A stretch of 64,000 nucleotides of DNA from an uncultured archaeon (GTDB taxonomy: Archaea > Nanobdellota > Nanobdellia > Pacearchaeales > GW2011-AR1). Below, piece after piece: positions 16,495 through 25,571 of this stretch. The stretch spans positions 82,092 to 146,091 of the forward strand of contig CABMGN010000002.1 in assembly GCA_902385635.1 (NCBI GenBank), given 5' to 3'. Under the pieces are notes generated by a model. That model was given only the letters and a program-made list of their open reading frames with translations. It was not told the DNA's origin and ran no database searches. The position numbers and the translations under genes were made by a program. Numbering within the stretch: the stretch's first letter is position 1; each line of letters opens with the position of its first letter.

Positions 16495-17913
16495 ATGGTA
16501 GAAATAAATAAAATTGGAAAAAATATTTACGAGATTCCAAAAACTGGAAGTATGAAAGTTCCCGGGCTAGTTTACGCTTCTGAAACTCTAATTGAAGCAA
16601 TGAAACAGGATAAAACATTAGAACAAGTAAAGAATGTTGCATGCTTACCCGGGATTTTACAAGCATCTATTGCTGTTGCAGACGCACATCAGGGATATGG
16701 GTTTAGTATAGGGGGGGTTGCTGCTTTTGATTTAGACAAAGGAATTATCTCTCCAGGGGGAGTCGGTTATGATATTAATTGCTCGGTAAGATTGTTAAAA
16801 ACAAATCTTAAGAAGAAAGGTTTTCTTGAGAAAAAGAAAGAAGTTGTTGAGGCTCTTTTCAGGAAGGTGCCCTCTGGAGTTGGAAGAGGAAGTAAATTTC
16901 AGATTACAAGAAAAGAATTAGATAAATTACTTGAAGGCGGAGCGAAGTATATTGTCCAGAAAGGTTTTGGTGTTGATGAAGATTTTTTACACACAGAAGA
17001 AAACGGAGCAATACCCGGAGCAAATCCTGAGAAAGTTTCAGAGCATGCAGTAAAAAGAGGAATCGGACAAGTTGGAACTCTTGGAGCAGGGAATCATTTT
17101 TTAGAAGTTCAGTTTGTTGATGAAATTTTTGATGATGAAGTTGCAAAAACATTTGGTTTAGAAAAAGATCAGGTAACAATTATGGTTCACTGTGGTTCAC
17201 GGGGTTTGGGACACCAAGTTGCTTCTGATTATATTAAAAAAATGGAAGAAGAGTATGGTTTCGCGGGTTTGCCAGATAGAGAATTAATCAATGCTCCAAT
17301 AAATAGTAAATTAGGGAGAGAGTATTATGCTGCAATGGCTTGTGCAGCCAATTTTGCTTTTGCAAATAAACAACTAATTACGCACTGGATCAGAGAAGAG
17401 TTGAAGTATATTTTTCCGGAGATTAAAGTTGATGTGGTATATGATGTCTGCCACAACATTGCAAAATTTGAGGAGCACGAAATTAATGGAAAGAAAATGA
17501 AAGTTTGTGTTCATAGAAAGGGTGCAACTAGAAGTTTTGGTCCGGGAAGAAAAGAAATTCCCGAAGACTATCGAAAAGTTCGACAGCCAGTTATTATCCC
17601 GGGAAGTATGGGAACAGCATCTTATGTTTTAGTGGGTACAAAAAAAGCAGAAGAGTTAACTTTTGGGAGTACTGTCCATGGAGCAGGAAGACTTTCTTCA
17701 AGAACAAAAGCTTTAAGAGATTTAAGAGGAGAAAAGATAAAAAAGTCTCTTAATGAGCAAGGAATCGAAGTTAAGACAATGGACATAAAGGCCCTTGCTG
17801 AAGAAGCCCCACAAGCATACAAAGATATTGAAGAAGTTGTCCGAGTTGTGGATGAATTAGGAATAAGTAAGAAAGTTGCTAGGCTAAAACCTCTTGGGGT
17901 CATTAAAGGTTAA
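16495..17913 (+). CDS. rtcB: RNA-splicing (tRNA) ligase RtcB
   Basis: GGVGYDINCSVRL, GAGNHFLEVQ, HCGSRGLGHQV, PGSMGTASY and HGAGR are all present. No intein. Confidence 0.9.
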   Translation: MVEINKIGKNIYEIPKTGSMKVPGLVYASETLIEAMKQDKTLEQVKNVACLPGILQASIAVADAHQGYGFSIGGVAAFDLDKGIISPGGVGYDINCSVRLLKTNLKKKGFLEKKKEVVEALFRKVPSGVGRGSKFQITRKELDKLLEGGAKYIVQKGFGVDEDFLHTEENGAIPGANPEKVSEHAVKRGIGQVGTLGAGNHFLEVQFVDEIFDDEVAKTFGLEKDQVTIMVHCGSRGLGHQVASDYIKKMEEEYGFAGLPDRELINAPINSKLGREYYAAMACAANFAFANKQLITHWIREELKYIFPEIKVDVVYDVCHNIAKFEEHEINGKKMKVCVHRKGATRSFGPGRKEIPEDYRKVRQPVIIPGSMGTASYVLVGTKKAEELTFGSTVHGAGRLSSRTKALRDLRGEKIKKSLNEQGIEVKTMDIKALAEEAPQAYKDIEEVVRVVDELGISKKVARLKPLGVIKG

Positions 17914-17946
17914 TTTTATAAAATAGATTCTCCTTAGAAAATAAAG

Positions 17947-19119
17947 ATGGTGAGATTCAAAGTTTTTGGATTACTAATTTTAGCTCTAATGGTAGGAGTT
18001 CTTGTAATGACTAGTTTTGCTCTTGGTGCTACAACTCAAACATTTCAGTGTTGTGGAAACGTAGAAAATTGCTGTTCATCTAATACTTTCAACACAGGAT
18101 TAACCTGTCAAGCAAATAGGTGCAAGCCCGTAGCTCTACCCCAAGAGCCATCAAACTATAATTGTTGGATTAGTTCTGCAAATCAGTGTTCAGGAGCAAA
18201 TACAATAATGAATCTTTCTGGAACTACAAATGCTCACGGATATTTGGTTTCAAATAGTGCTGGTGCGGGATATAAACTATGCTGTAATTTTCCGGGAGGA
18301 AGTTCCTCTCTACATACATGTGATGGAACAAAAAGCAATGCTGTAATGTATCTAAGTACTACTGGAAATGCTCATGCTGAAGAAGTGAAATATGATACTC
18401 GATGCACAGTAAATCCTATTGCAACAATAATGACTTGTTCTTCTCATACAACTCAACTTGAATGTGCTAAATATGGATGTACTTGGAATGGTGGTTTTTT
18501 TGGCTGGGGCTCTTCTTGTTCAGGAACAGCAAGCGCTTGTAGTTCAGTGACTAACGACACAGTATGCCAATCAAGAAATGATTGTAGACTAACTCTAATC
18601 CCGGGTACACAGGTTTATTCAAATGCTGTGTGTTTTTCAAAAGGGATGAAATGTATTGGTGTGAACAGTCCGTCAATGACGAGCTGTGATGAAACACCTC
18701 TTTCAGGGACTGTTTATAACATTGAAGTTGCTTCAATTTCTTCAGAAACAAATGCCCATATTGGAAACTTCTCAGATTATCCTGTTAAAATTTGTTGTTC
18801 TGAATTCTGTGAAATGTATAAACAGAATAGTTCTTGTTGGTCTGAACCTAGTCTGAAATGTACTTGGTGGCCTCCCGGAACAGCGACTATCGCAGAAGGG
18901 GCAGGGTGCTGTGATGAGGGAAGTAAATGGAAGGAAAGCACCCATACCTGTTCAAGTACTGGTGGAGAATGTTATTTAATTTGGGACTTATTAAATCAAA
19001 AAGAAGGGCAGAGTACTTTTAATTCGACAAATCCGGATTTAAAACCATGGGATTTCTATTGTGCAAAGTTAAATCCTGGAATTAACTACGGAGAAAAGAA
19101 TACTGTTCAAAGATATTAA
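17947..19119 (+). CDS. Secreted cysteine-rich protein with three TNAH-containing modules
   Basis: Signal/anchor FKVFGLLILALMVGVLVMTSFALGA. Many Cys residues, including CC pairs. Repeated ...S..TNAH....(Y..K.CC) modules. Family not recognised. Confidence 0.6.
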   Translation: MVRFKVFGLLILALMVGVLVMTSFALGATTQTFQCCGNVENCCSSNTFNTGLTCQANRCKPVALPQEPSNYNCWISSANQCSGANTIMNLSGTTNAHGYLVSNSAGAGYKLCCNFPGGSSSLHTCDGTKSNAVMYLSTTGNAHAEEVKYDTRCTVNPIATIMTCSSHTTQLECAKYGCTWNGGFFGWGSSCSGTASACSSVTNDTVCQSRNDCRLTLIPGTQVYSNAVCFSKGMKCIGVNSPSMTSCDETPLSGTVYNIEVASISSETNAHIGNFSDYPVKICCSEFCEMYKQNSSCWSEPSLKCTWWPPGTATIAEGAGCCDEGSKWKESTHTCSSTGGECYLIWDLLNQKEGQSTFNSTNPDLKPWDFYCAKLNPGINYGEKNTVQRY

Positions 19120-20477
19120 TTAAGATAGGAATCTTCGGGGTTTTCATCCTGTCCCATAGAAAGGTTATACATATTTCCCGGGAATCTAGCAAAATTACCA
19201 TAACTTGCAGCAGCAAACATAAGATCTAAAGGGGAGTAAGAAACTGCTGTGCTAGAGGGGTTAAACACTTCATAATCAAAGGAAGAGTCTGCATCTGCAC
19301 CATCAACTAATCCTTCAGAAAGTTCGTGAACAATGGTGTGGTCCGAAGATGAAGGAGAAACTGAAGCATACGCTGATTGAGTTAAACTTGTTTGGGTGTC
19401 AACTATAGAATCGTTGCTTCCAAAGTCGCTGCTATCAAAAAAGAAAGCGAATTTACCTGTAGGAGGCATTCCCCCAGGGTAATTCTGTTCATAAGTGATA
19501 TCTGAATCATCAAATGTCCATTCTCCTTGAACAAATTGAGATAATTTTTCCTTAATAACGCCCGCCACGTAATCTATCTTAGATTGGTCCACTGGCTGAC
19601 CAGTATTAACATCATTTCTGTAAATAACAAATGAAGGTTTTTGTCCCCATCTCACAGATGGACTTGCATAAGGATTTGGCCCGCCATCGCCCCAGAAAGT
19701 GGTTTTAAGATAGGCTACTTTGTCCTGGGGAAATAATTTGTAAGCTGGAGCATCAACCCTATTCTCCAGAGTTGCGTGACTTGCATCAACATTTAGATTT
19801 CCTGCTTGGCTTCCAATATATCTATTTTGTAAGTCTTTAAATGAAACCCAGTATTTTCCCCCATCAACACCATCTATGCAACAATTCCCGTTAGAATCTG
19901 TAGTGCAGTTCTGTCCATTATCCAATGAAGCAGTTACTCCTGGAATTTTATTAAAATCTGAACCTTGGTAAAATGAACTTACCCCAAAACAAACGTTAAA
20001 GGGTTGTGTAGTATCATCGTCACCAGAATCGTCGTCGACTTGTGTGTCATCGTCTACTTGAGTATCATCGTCAATTGGTGGAGTTGTATCATCATCTACT
20101 TGTGTATCATCATCTGCTTGATCGTCGTCTTGCTGAGTTGTATCGTCATCTGCGGGTTGTTCGTATCCTCCCCCGTTTCCTCCTCCTGAACCTCCACTTG
20201 AACATCCAGTTAAACCGAGTGCGGGATTTAATGAGCATAATGTTATAAGGGCGATTGCTGCTGCTTTGCTTAATCCTTGTGGAACTCTAAATCCTGTTTG
20301 AGGGTCAACAACTGCGTCTATGCTTCTTGGTTTTACTCTTCTTCCAGGTCTTACTCCAGAAGCATGATACATTTTTAGAGGTCTAGCTCCCCTTACATTC
20401 AATCTTCCAGGAGATAGACTTCTTCCTACCCTAAGCCTATTTTTAGTCATATATTTCATATTTTTTCTATGTCTCAA
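19116..20477 (-). CDS. Putative lipobox surface protein with Asp-rich tandem repeats
   Basis: Long basic leader, hydrophobic AAAIALITLCSLNPALGLTG|C (lipobox-like LTGC) and a Gly-rich linker. Eight DDD(T/Q/S)xx repeats are followed by a roughly 300-aa beta-rich domain. The start codon is uncertain because several in-frame Met are present. Confidence 0.6.
   Translation of the reverse strand: MRHRKNMKYMTKNRLRVGRSLSPGRLNVRGARPLKMYHASGVRPGRRVKPRSIDAVVDPQTGFRVPQGLSKAAAIALITLCSLNPALGLTGCSSGGSGGGNGGGYEQPADDDTTQQDDDQADDDTQVDDDTTPPIDDDTQVDDDTQVDDDSGDDDTTQPFNVCFGVSSFYQGSDFNKIPGVTASLDNGQNCTTDSNGNCCIDGVDGGKYWVSFKDLQNRYIGSQAGNLNVDASHATLENRVDAPAYKLFPQDKVAYLKTTFWGDGGPNPYASPSVRWGQKPSFVIYRNDVNTGQPVDQSKIDYVAGVIKEKLSQFVQGEWTFDDSDITYEQNYPGGMPPTGKFAFFFDSSDFGSNDSIVDTQTSLTQSAYASVSPSSSDHTIVHELSEGLVDGADADSSFDYEVFNPSSTAVSYSPLDLMFAAASYGNFARFPGNMYNLSMGQDENPEDSYLN
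20004..20152 (-). repeat. In-frame coding tandem repeat encoding (DDDTQV)-like units
   Basis: The plus strand shows reiterated TGTRTCATCRTC units. They encode ADDDTTQQDDDQADDDTQVDDDTTPPIDDDTQVDDDTQVDDDSGDDDTTQ on the minus strand. Confidence 0.75.
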
Positions 20478-20605
20478 GACTTTAAATATCTTTCTTTTTG
20501 TAACCCCCCAATAGTAGTTGTTATTTAAAAGTATGAAAGGTTTTCAAAAGAGTAAGAGGATAAAAGAGGTTGTAAAAACCTGGAGAAAAGGTTTAAATAT
20601 ATTCG

Positions 20606-21700
20606 ATGGCGTTTATAAATATGAAAAAAGTGGTGAAAGGATTTTTCTTATTTTTAATTTTATTAGTTGGGGTTTCTTATACTATTTCTGCAGTGAGTCA
20701 GTGTGCTGACGGAAGACATGGTGTAGAAATTGATGGAAGCTGTTATTACTGCGGTAATACTGATGACGGGGTTTGCCCAAGTTTTTACGGGGCACCATGT
20801 TCTCCAGAACAAATTACCCAGGATTCTGACTGTGGAAGTCAAGAGAGTGGAATTGCTTACTGGTACTCTTTCTATGATGAAAATTTAGATGGTGTAGTAA
20901 TTACTGAAAAAGATGTTCAGTTCGATTCGGGGCAAGAAATAATTTATGAGGTGGTGGAATCAACAGATATTCACACAGATGATTCTATAACCTTTAAAGT
21001 AAAGAGAACAGGTGTTCTTGGAGATACTCTAGTTACTTCCAGTGTATCAACAGCAACAGAGGATGGTTGGGCTTATGCTGAATGGATTGTAGACAAATAT
21101 GCCTTCTCGAGTGGTGGAGGAAATGTAGGAGATTCTGCAGATTTTTACTTTCAAGCAACAAAACAAGGATTAGATATTCAGAGTGATAATCTAAAACTAA
21201 CTATTGTTTCGGGAGAAACATGTACACAAGTTCAAACTTGTAATGATTATACCGACGAAATTACTTGCGGAGCAGTTGAAGACTCTGATGGAAACATTAA
21301 TCTTAATGGGGATTTTTGCAATAAGTTTTATACAGAAGCCAATATTGAAGAACCGCCGGGATGTTTTGGGATAGAGTATTATTTCTGTTTATGGAATGGA
21401 ACAGGATGTAATTTAAGAGATCTTTTTGTACCTAATGATGTAACTGCTACTTGCACAGAAAGAAATTGTGATTATATTGAGAGTGGGATTGAGGGAAGTT
21501 GTGACAGTCAGGAAACGGTTACAGTAACATATAACCCTATAGGGGGAGTGAGCACAAATTGTCCAGTCAAAAACAGAACATATACCTGTCCGTCGCTAGT
21601 TGCTCTACCTTTCTTTACTACATTAAACTTAGTAATTGCTGTTATTGTTATTGCTGGAATTTATTTTTATTCAGTCTCAAGAAAAAAGAAGAGAAGATAG
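20606..21700 (+). CDS. Secreted cysteine-rich protein with C-terminal TM anchor
   Basis: Signal FFLFLILLVGVSYTISA. Cys-rich N- and C-terminal regions. C-terminal TM LNLVIAVIVIAGIYFY followed by the basic stop-transfer RKKKRR. The start may be the ATG at 20621. Confidence 0.6.
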   Translation: MAFINMKKVVKGFFLFLILLVGVSYTISAVSQCADGRHGVEIDGSCYYCGNTDDGVCPSFYGAPCSPEQITQDSDCGSQESGIAYWYSFYDENLDGVVITEKDVQFDSGQEIIYEVVESTDIHTDDSITFKVKRTGVLGDTLVTSSVSTATEDGWAYAEWIVDKYAFSSGGGNVGDSADFYFQATKQGLDIQSDNLKLTIVSGETCTQVQTCNDYTDEITCGAVEDSDGNINLNGDFCNKFYTEANIEEPPGCFGIEYYFCLWNGTGCNLRDLFVPNDVTATCTERNCDYIESGIEGSCDSQETVTVTYNPIGGVSTNCPVKNRTYTCPSLVALPFFTTLNLVIAVIVIAGIYFYSVSRKKKRR

Positions 21701-21701
21701 G

Positions 21702-24401
21702 ATGAAACAAAAAATACTTTTTGGAATTTTATTTACTGTAGCTTTTCTTAGTTTTACCTCGGCTAGCTTTAGTCTCGGGACTCCAGCGTACCAGATAGAA
21801 AAGTCTTATGCTCCAGGAGATAGTTTAAGAGGGTGGATTAACCTTAAACTAGATTCAGAAACAAATGGTGTTGTTTCAGACACAAAAGGAAACTCAGTTT
21901 ATCTTCTAGATTTAATAAAAAATTCTTCTTCTGCTGTGAATTACTCTTGTTCTCCCTCAAAATGTATGAAAGATTATGCTGCATCAAATGCACAAGCATC
22001 AAAAACAATTAATGCTGTAGAAAATCAAGTAATTCTTGTTGGGGCTAAGATCGAGGGAAACCTTTCTATTGATGGGGTAACGGCTATGAATCTAACAATA
22101 CAGAGTGATGCTCAGGCTAATTGTAGAAATCAGTTAATTGTAGATATGTTAGATGATAATTCCGCAGATATTGTTAATCTAAAACCTTCTGCTAGTGCCT
22201 GCAGTTCCACAAAAACATACGGATGTTATGATACAACAAAAGCAAATGCCGAAGCAAAACTCTACGGGACTCCTTACTGCCAGAAAGTTCATTTAAACCC
22301 TGCTCCGGCTCACGAACTCGGGGCATTAGTTTCTAGGATTGGAAGTGAAAAAAGTCTAAGAATGTTACTATTCAGCTTAGGAAATGCTACAGTACCTTCA
22401 CAAAAACTAGTTGAGTGTAACTTAGAGAAAAAACTCCCACATGATTATGCAGAAGAATTTTGTGTAACTTCGGGGTATTCTATAGATAAAGAAGGGGACT
22501 ATTTTGTTTGTATTATGTCTGATGATGGTTCTGTAGAAGATAAGATAAAAGCTTATCAGGATTTAACGAATGGGTGTGGTTTCTCTGGAAATCCTATAGA
22601 TAACCCCCAACAAACATTCTCATACTCTCTCTTTGCGCAGAGTAAAAAGTATGATATTCCTGGGGCTGTGAGCCTAGGAGAAGAAAAATATTCTCAGTGG
22701 AGTCTTGGTCCTTTGTATAATGATTATCTGAAGAAGAAATATGGGAATATGGATTGTACAAATGGGTGTATCCTCCCCGTAAGGATAATCGCTAACTCTG
22801 CACAAAAAATTACTGTAAAAGATTTGAAACTAACTTATTCAACGATTGGATTTGGGCAGCAAACAAAAGCAGAGCTTTATGATTTAGTTGAAAGCCCGGT
22901 GACAATAACAACACCTGATTTTCAGAAGATTTCTGTAGATAGTGGGAAGTTTTTAGTTTCTAGTGTTTTCGGCCAGGAAACTGTGACACTTTCTCTGAAT
23001 GGGAATTCCTTATTTTCAGACACAGTAACAATAAAAGAAGTTCCAACTCCAGTTAGCATCACGCCAACAGTTGTGCCTGCAGCAGTTCCAACAGACTTTA
23101 TTGTGTTTGTTTCTCCCCCAACAAATATTACGGGATATCAGTGGGATTTTGGTGATGGTAAAACAGAAGCCACAACATCGAATAGAGCAACACATAGTTA
23201 TGCAAAGATAGGATCATTCATGCTAACAGTAAGTGCAACAAATGTTAACAATGAAAAGGGTTCAAAAAGTTTTAATATAACTGTTCAATCTCCAGAAGGG
23301 TTTGTAAATACCACTCTTAAAGAGAAGAAAGACAAAGTAGAAGAGATAAAAAATTCTATAAAAATCGGTTTCTCTCCTTTCGAACAAACAGCAATAACAG
23401 ACACCATAGATGTCCCCTATTTAGAAAGCGAAATCCAGAGGATCCAGGTCGCTTATGCTAAAGCAGGGAATAATAGTGCAACATATGTTCAGCTGATGAG
23501 CGATTTAGTTAATTTAAAAGTTCCAGATGAAATTAGTGTAGGTAAAAGCGCAGAAGCAATATCTTTTTATCCAAATCAAGACTTAATTGATTTTAGTTTG
23601 TATAGTCAGGTTGAAACTTCTAGTCTAAATTATTCAGGAGAAGACTTTTCAAAATTAGTTTCGAAATGGAACCTTCAGAATCTAGACACATTAGTAACAT
23701 ACAAAGAAATTTTAGGCATGTACGGAGGAAATCCTGAAACACTAGTTAATTCGTTTGATATAGAACTTAAGAAGAAAACAGATTTTAGTTATTCGCCAAT
23801 TCTTTTCATGGAAAATTTAGAAGGCATGAAATTCGGGGGAGAGTATAATCCGCGAAATCTTTCGGGATATATTTACTTCCCGCTTAAGGATAAAAGCACG
23901 AGATTTGTTTTTGTAACAACACAGAAAGATATTGATTTTACAAATGTTCCGTTATTTGTTGCACCTAATCTTGAAAACTTAGGTATTCAAGAAAAACCAC
24001 AACCAAAGAACACAACTTCAATCTGGATTTGGTTTGCTATAGCTCTGGGGGGATTATTTGTAATCGTAATAGTTGTTTACTTTATTTTACAAAAATGGTA
24101 CTCAACAAAATATGAAGAATTCTTATTCAAAGATAAAAACGAGTTCTATAATCTAGCTGCATTTATCGATAATGCAAAGAAGAGCGGACAGAACGAGTCT
24201 GAAATAGAAAGTAGGCTTAGAAAAGCGGGGTGGAAATCTGAACAGATTAAATTTGCTATGAAAAAGTATACTGGAAAAGAGACTGGAATGGTAAAGTTGC
24301 CCCTAACAGGTAAGACTTCTGCTAAGAAACCAGTAAGTTCACCCCCGCAAAGACCCAGAAGTTTACCGTCGGTAAACCCGAAGAAAGTATTTAGAAAATA
24401 A
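21702..24401 (+). CDS. Large (about 899 aa) surface protein with PKD domain, C-terminal TM and cytoplasmic tail
   Basis: Signal MKQKILFGILFTVAFLSFTSA. PKD signature GYQWDFGDGKTEATTSNRATHSYAKIGSFMLTVSATN (about 23.1-23.3 kb). TM IWIWFAIALGGLFVIVIVVYFIL. Start moved to the ATG at 21702, 2 nt after the previous stop. Confidence 0.7.
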   Translation: MKQKILFGILFTVAFLSFTSASFSLGTPAYQIEKSYAPGDSLRGWINLKLDSETNGVVSDTKGNSVYLLDLIKNSSSAVNYSCSPSKCMKDYAASNAQASKTINAVENQVILVGAKIEGNLSIDGVTAMNLTIQSDAQANCRNQLIVDMLDDNSADIVNLKPSASACSSTKTYGCYDTTKANAEAKLYGTPYCQKVHLNPAPAHELGALVSRIGSEKSLRMLLFSLGNATVPSQKLVECNLEKKLPHDYAEEFCVTSGYSIDKEGDYFVCIMSDDGSVEDKIKAYQDLTNGCGFSGNPIDNPQQTFSYSLFAQSKKYDIPGAVSLGEEKYSQWSLGPLYNDYLKKKYGNMDCTNGCILPVRIIANSAQKITVKDLKLTYSTIGFGQQTKAELYDLVESPVTITTPDFQKISVDSGKFLVSSVFGQETVTLSLNGNSLFSDTVTIKEVPTPVSITPTVVPAAVPTDFIVFVSPPTNITGYQWDFGDGKTEATTSNRATHSYAKIGSFMLTVSATNVNNEKGSKSFNITVQSPEGFVNTTLKEKKDKVEEIKNSIKIGFSPFEQTAITDTIDVPYLESEIQRIQVAYAKAGNNSATYVQLMSDLVNLKVPDEISVGKSAEAISFYPNQDLIDFSLYSQVETSSLNYSGEDFSKLVSKWNLQNLDTLVTYKEILGMYGGNPETLVNSFDIELKKKTDFSYSPILFMENLEGMKFGGEYNPRNLSGYIYFPLKDKSTRFVFVTTQKDIDFTNVPLFVAPNLENLGIQEKPQPKNTTSIWIWFAIALGGLFVIVIVVYFILQKWYSTKYEEFLFKDKNEFYNLAAFIDNAKKSGQNESEIESRLRKAGWKSEQIKFAMKKYTGKETGMVKLPLTGKTSAKKPVSSPPQRPRSLPSVNPKKVFRK

Positions 24402-24440
24402 GAGAAAGCTTAATAAACTCATGAGAGCTAAGATAGTAAA

Positions 24441-25076
24441 ATGGTAAGTCTAGCAAGATTTTTGAAAAAAATAGTTTCTGGTATGTTTAAGTCCAAAAAA
24501 GAAGTAAAACTTGGCTTTTACGGACCACCAAATGCAGGTAAAACAAGCCTAGCCAACAGAATTTGTAAAGATTTTACAGGTGAAGAAATTGGAAGTGTGA
24601 GTAAAATTCCGCACGAGACAAGAGAAGTTCAGTTTAAAGAAAAAGTAGAGATAAAGTATAAAGGAAAAAGTCTTACATTCAAAATTGTTGATACTCCGGG
24701 AATTGCAACAAAAATAGATTATGAAGAATTCTTACATTACAGAATGAAAAAAGGAGATGCAAAAAAGAGGGCGAAAGAAGCAACACAAGGAGTGATTGAA
24801 GCAATCAAGTGGCTTGATGATATGGATGTTGTTGTAGTTGTTTTAGATGCAACAGAGAACCCGTATAATCAAGTAAATATAACGATCATTGGAAACTTAG
24901 CTGCAAGAAAGATACCTGTATTGATTGTCGCAAATAAAATGGATTTGCGAAAAGCAGATATTAAAAAGATAGAGGCAGCATTCCCCGAGTATAAAACTCT
25001 AGGAATCAGTGCAAAAAGCGGTAAAAACTTAGAAGATTTTTATGAGGAAATATTTAAATTAGTTAAAAAACTATAA
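24441..25076 (+). CDS. Small P-loop GTPase (TRAFAC class)
   Basis: G1 GPPNAGKTS, G3 DTPG, G4 NKMD and G5 SAKSG. Confidence 0.75.
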   Translation: MVSLARFLKKIVSGMFKSKKEVKLGFYGPPNAGKTSLANRICKDFTGEEIGSVSKIPHETREVQFKEKVEIKYKGKSLTFKIVDTPGIATKIDYEEFLHYRMKKGDAKKRAKEATQGVIEAIKWLDDMDVVVVVLDATENPYNQVNITIIGNLAARKIPVLIVANKMDLRKADIKKIEAAFPEYKTLGISAKSGKNLEDFYEEIFKLVKKL

Positions 25077-25108
25077 TATTCATATAACAAAAGTGGTGAC
25101 AAAATAAA

Positions 25109-25513
25109 ATGGCAAAACATAGAACAATTGGAAAGATAAAAGGATTTTCTATTCACTTCCTACCTTATTCGGAAATAAAGGATTTATCTGGTAATGAGAG
25201 AATTAGAAAGATTCTGAATGTTGTTCTTGGAAATAGTATACTTGTATTACAAGGAAAATTAAGGGACGAAGAGGAAGCTAGGCTAATTGGAGATACAATG
25301 GCTATGATTGATCATCTAAAAGGTTTCAAAGGGATTGAACTAGCTGTAATTTCTGGAAATGAGAATCAGGGTTTCTTTAGTAAGATGAAAAGTGGGTTTG
25401 CAAATGCTCTTGCTGGCGGAGATTTAGGGGCAATAACAATAATTGGACCTGCAACAATTGTAAAAGAGATTAAGAGAAACCCGAAAAAGATAGAATTGCT
25501 TCTAACTGGGTAA
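25109..25513 (+). CDS. Conserved archaeal protein, DUF2073-like (assignment from memory)
   Basis: 134 aa with ILVLQGKLRDEEEARLIGDTMAMIDHLKGFKGIELAV. It lies between a GTPase and a Zn-ribbon protein, an arrangement I recall as conserved in archaea. Confidence 0.45.
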   Translation: MAKHRTIGKIKGFSIHFLPYSEIKDLSGNERIRKILNVVLGNSILVLQGKLRDEEEARLIGDTMAMIDHLKGFKGIELAVISGNENQGFFSKMKSGFANALAGGDLGAITIIGPATIVKEIKRNPKKIELLLTG

Positions 25514-25571
25514 CTAAAAGTTTAAAATACCTTATTCTGTAGTTTTATTATACTAAAGAGCTATATCTAAA

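Noticed and set aside
20004-20152. Short direct repeats that might suggest a CRISPR or satellite array
   Set aside because: The repeats are 12-18 nt, contiguous with no spacers, in frame, and encode an Asp-rich peptide repeat inside a long ORF. No CRISPR-like repeat-spacer structure occurs anywhere in the window.
19116-20477. Twin-arginine (Tat) signal in the Asp-repeat protein (PGRRVKPRS)
   Set aside because: The RR pair lies about 25 residues upstream of the hydrophobic segment instead of immediately before it, and the surrounding consensus (S/T-R-R-x-F-L-K) is missing.
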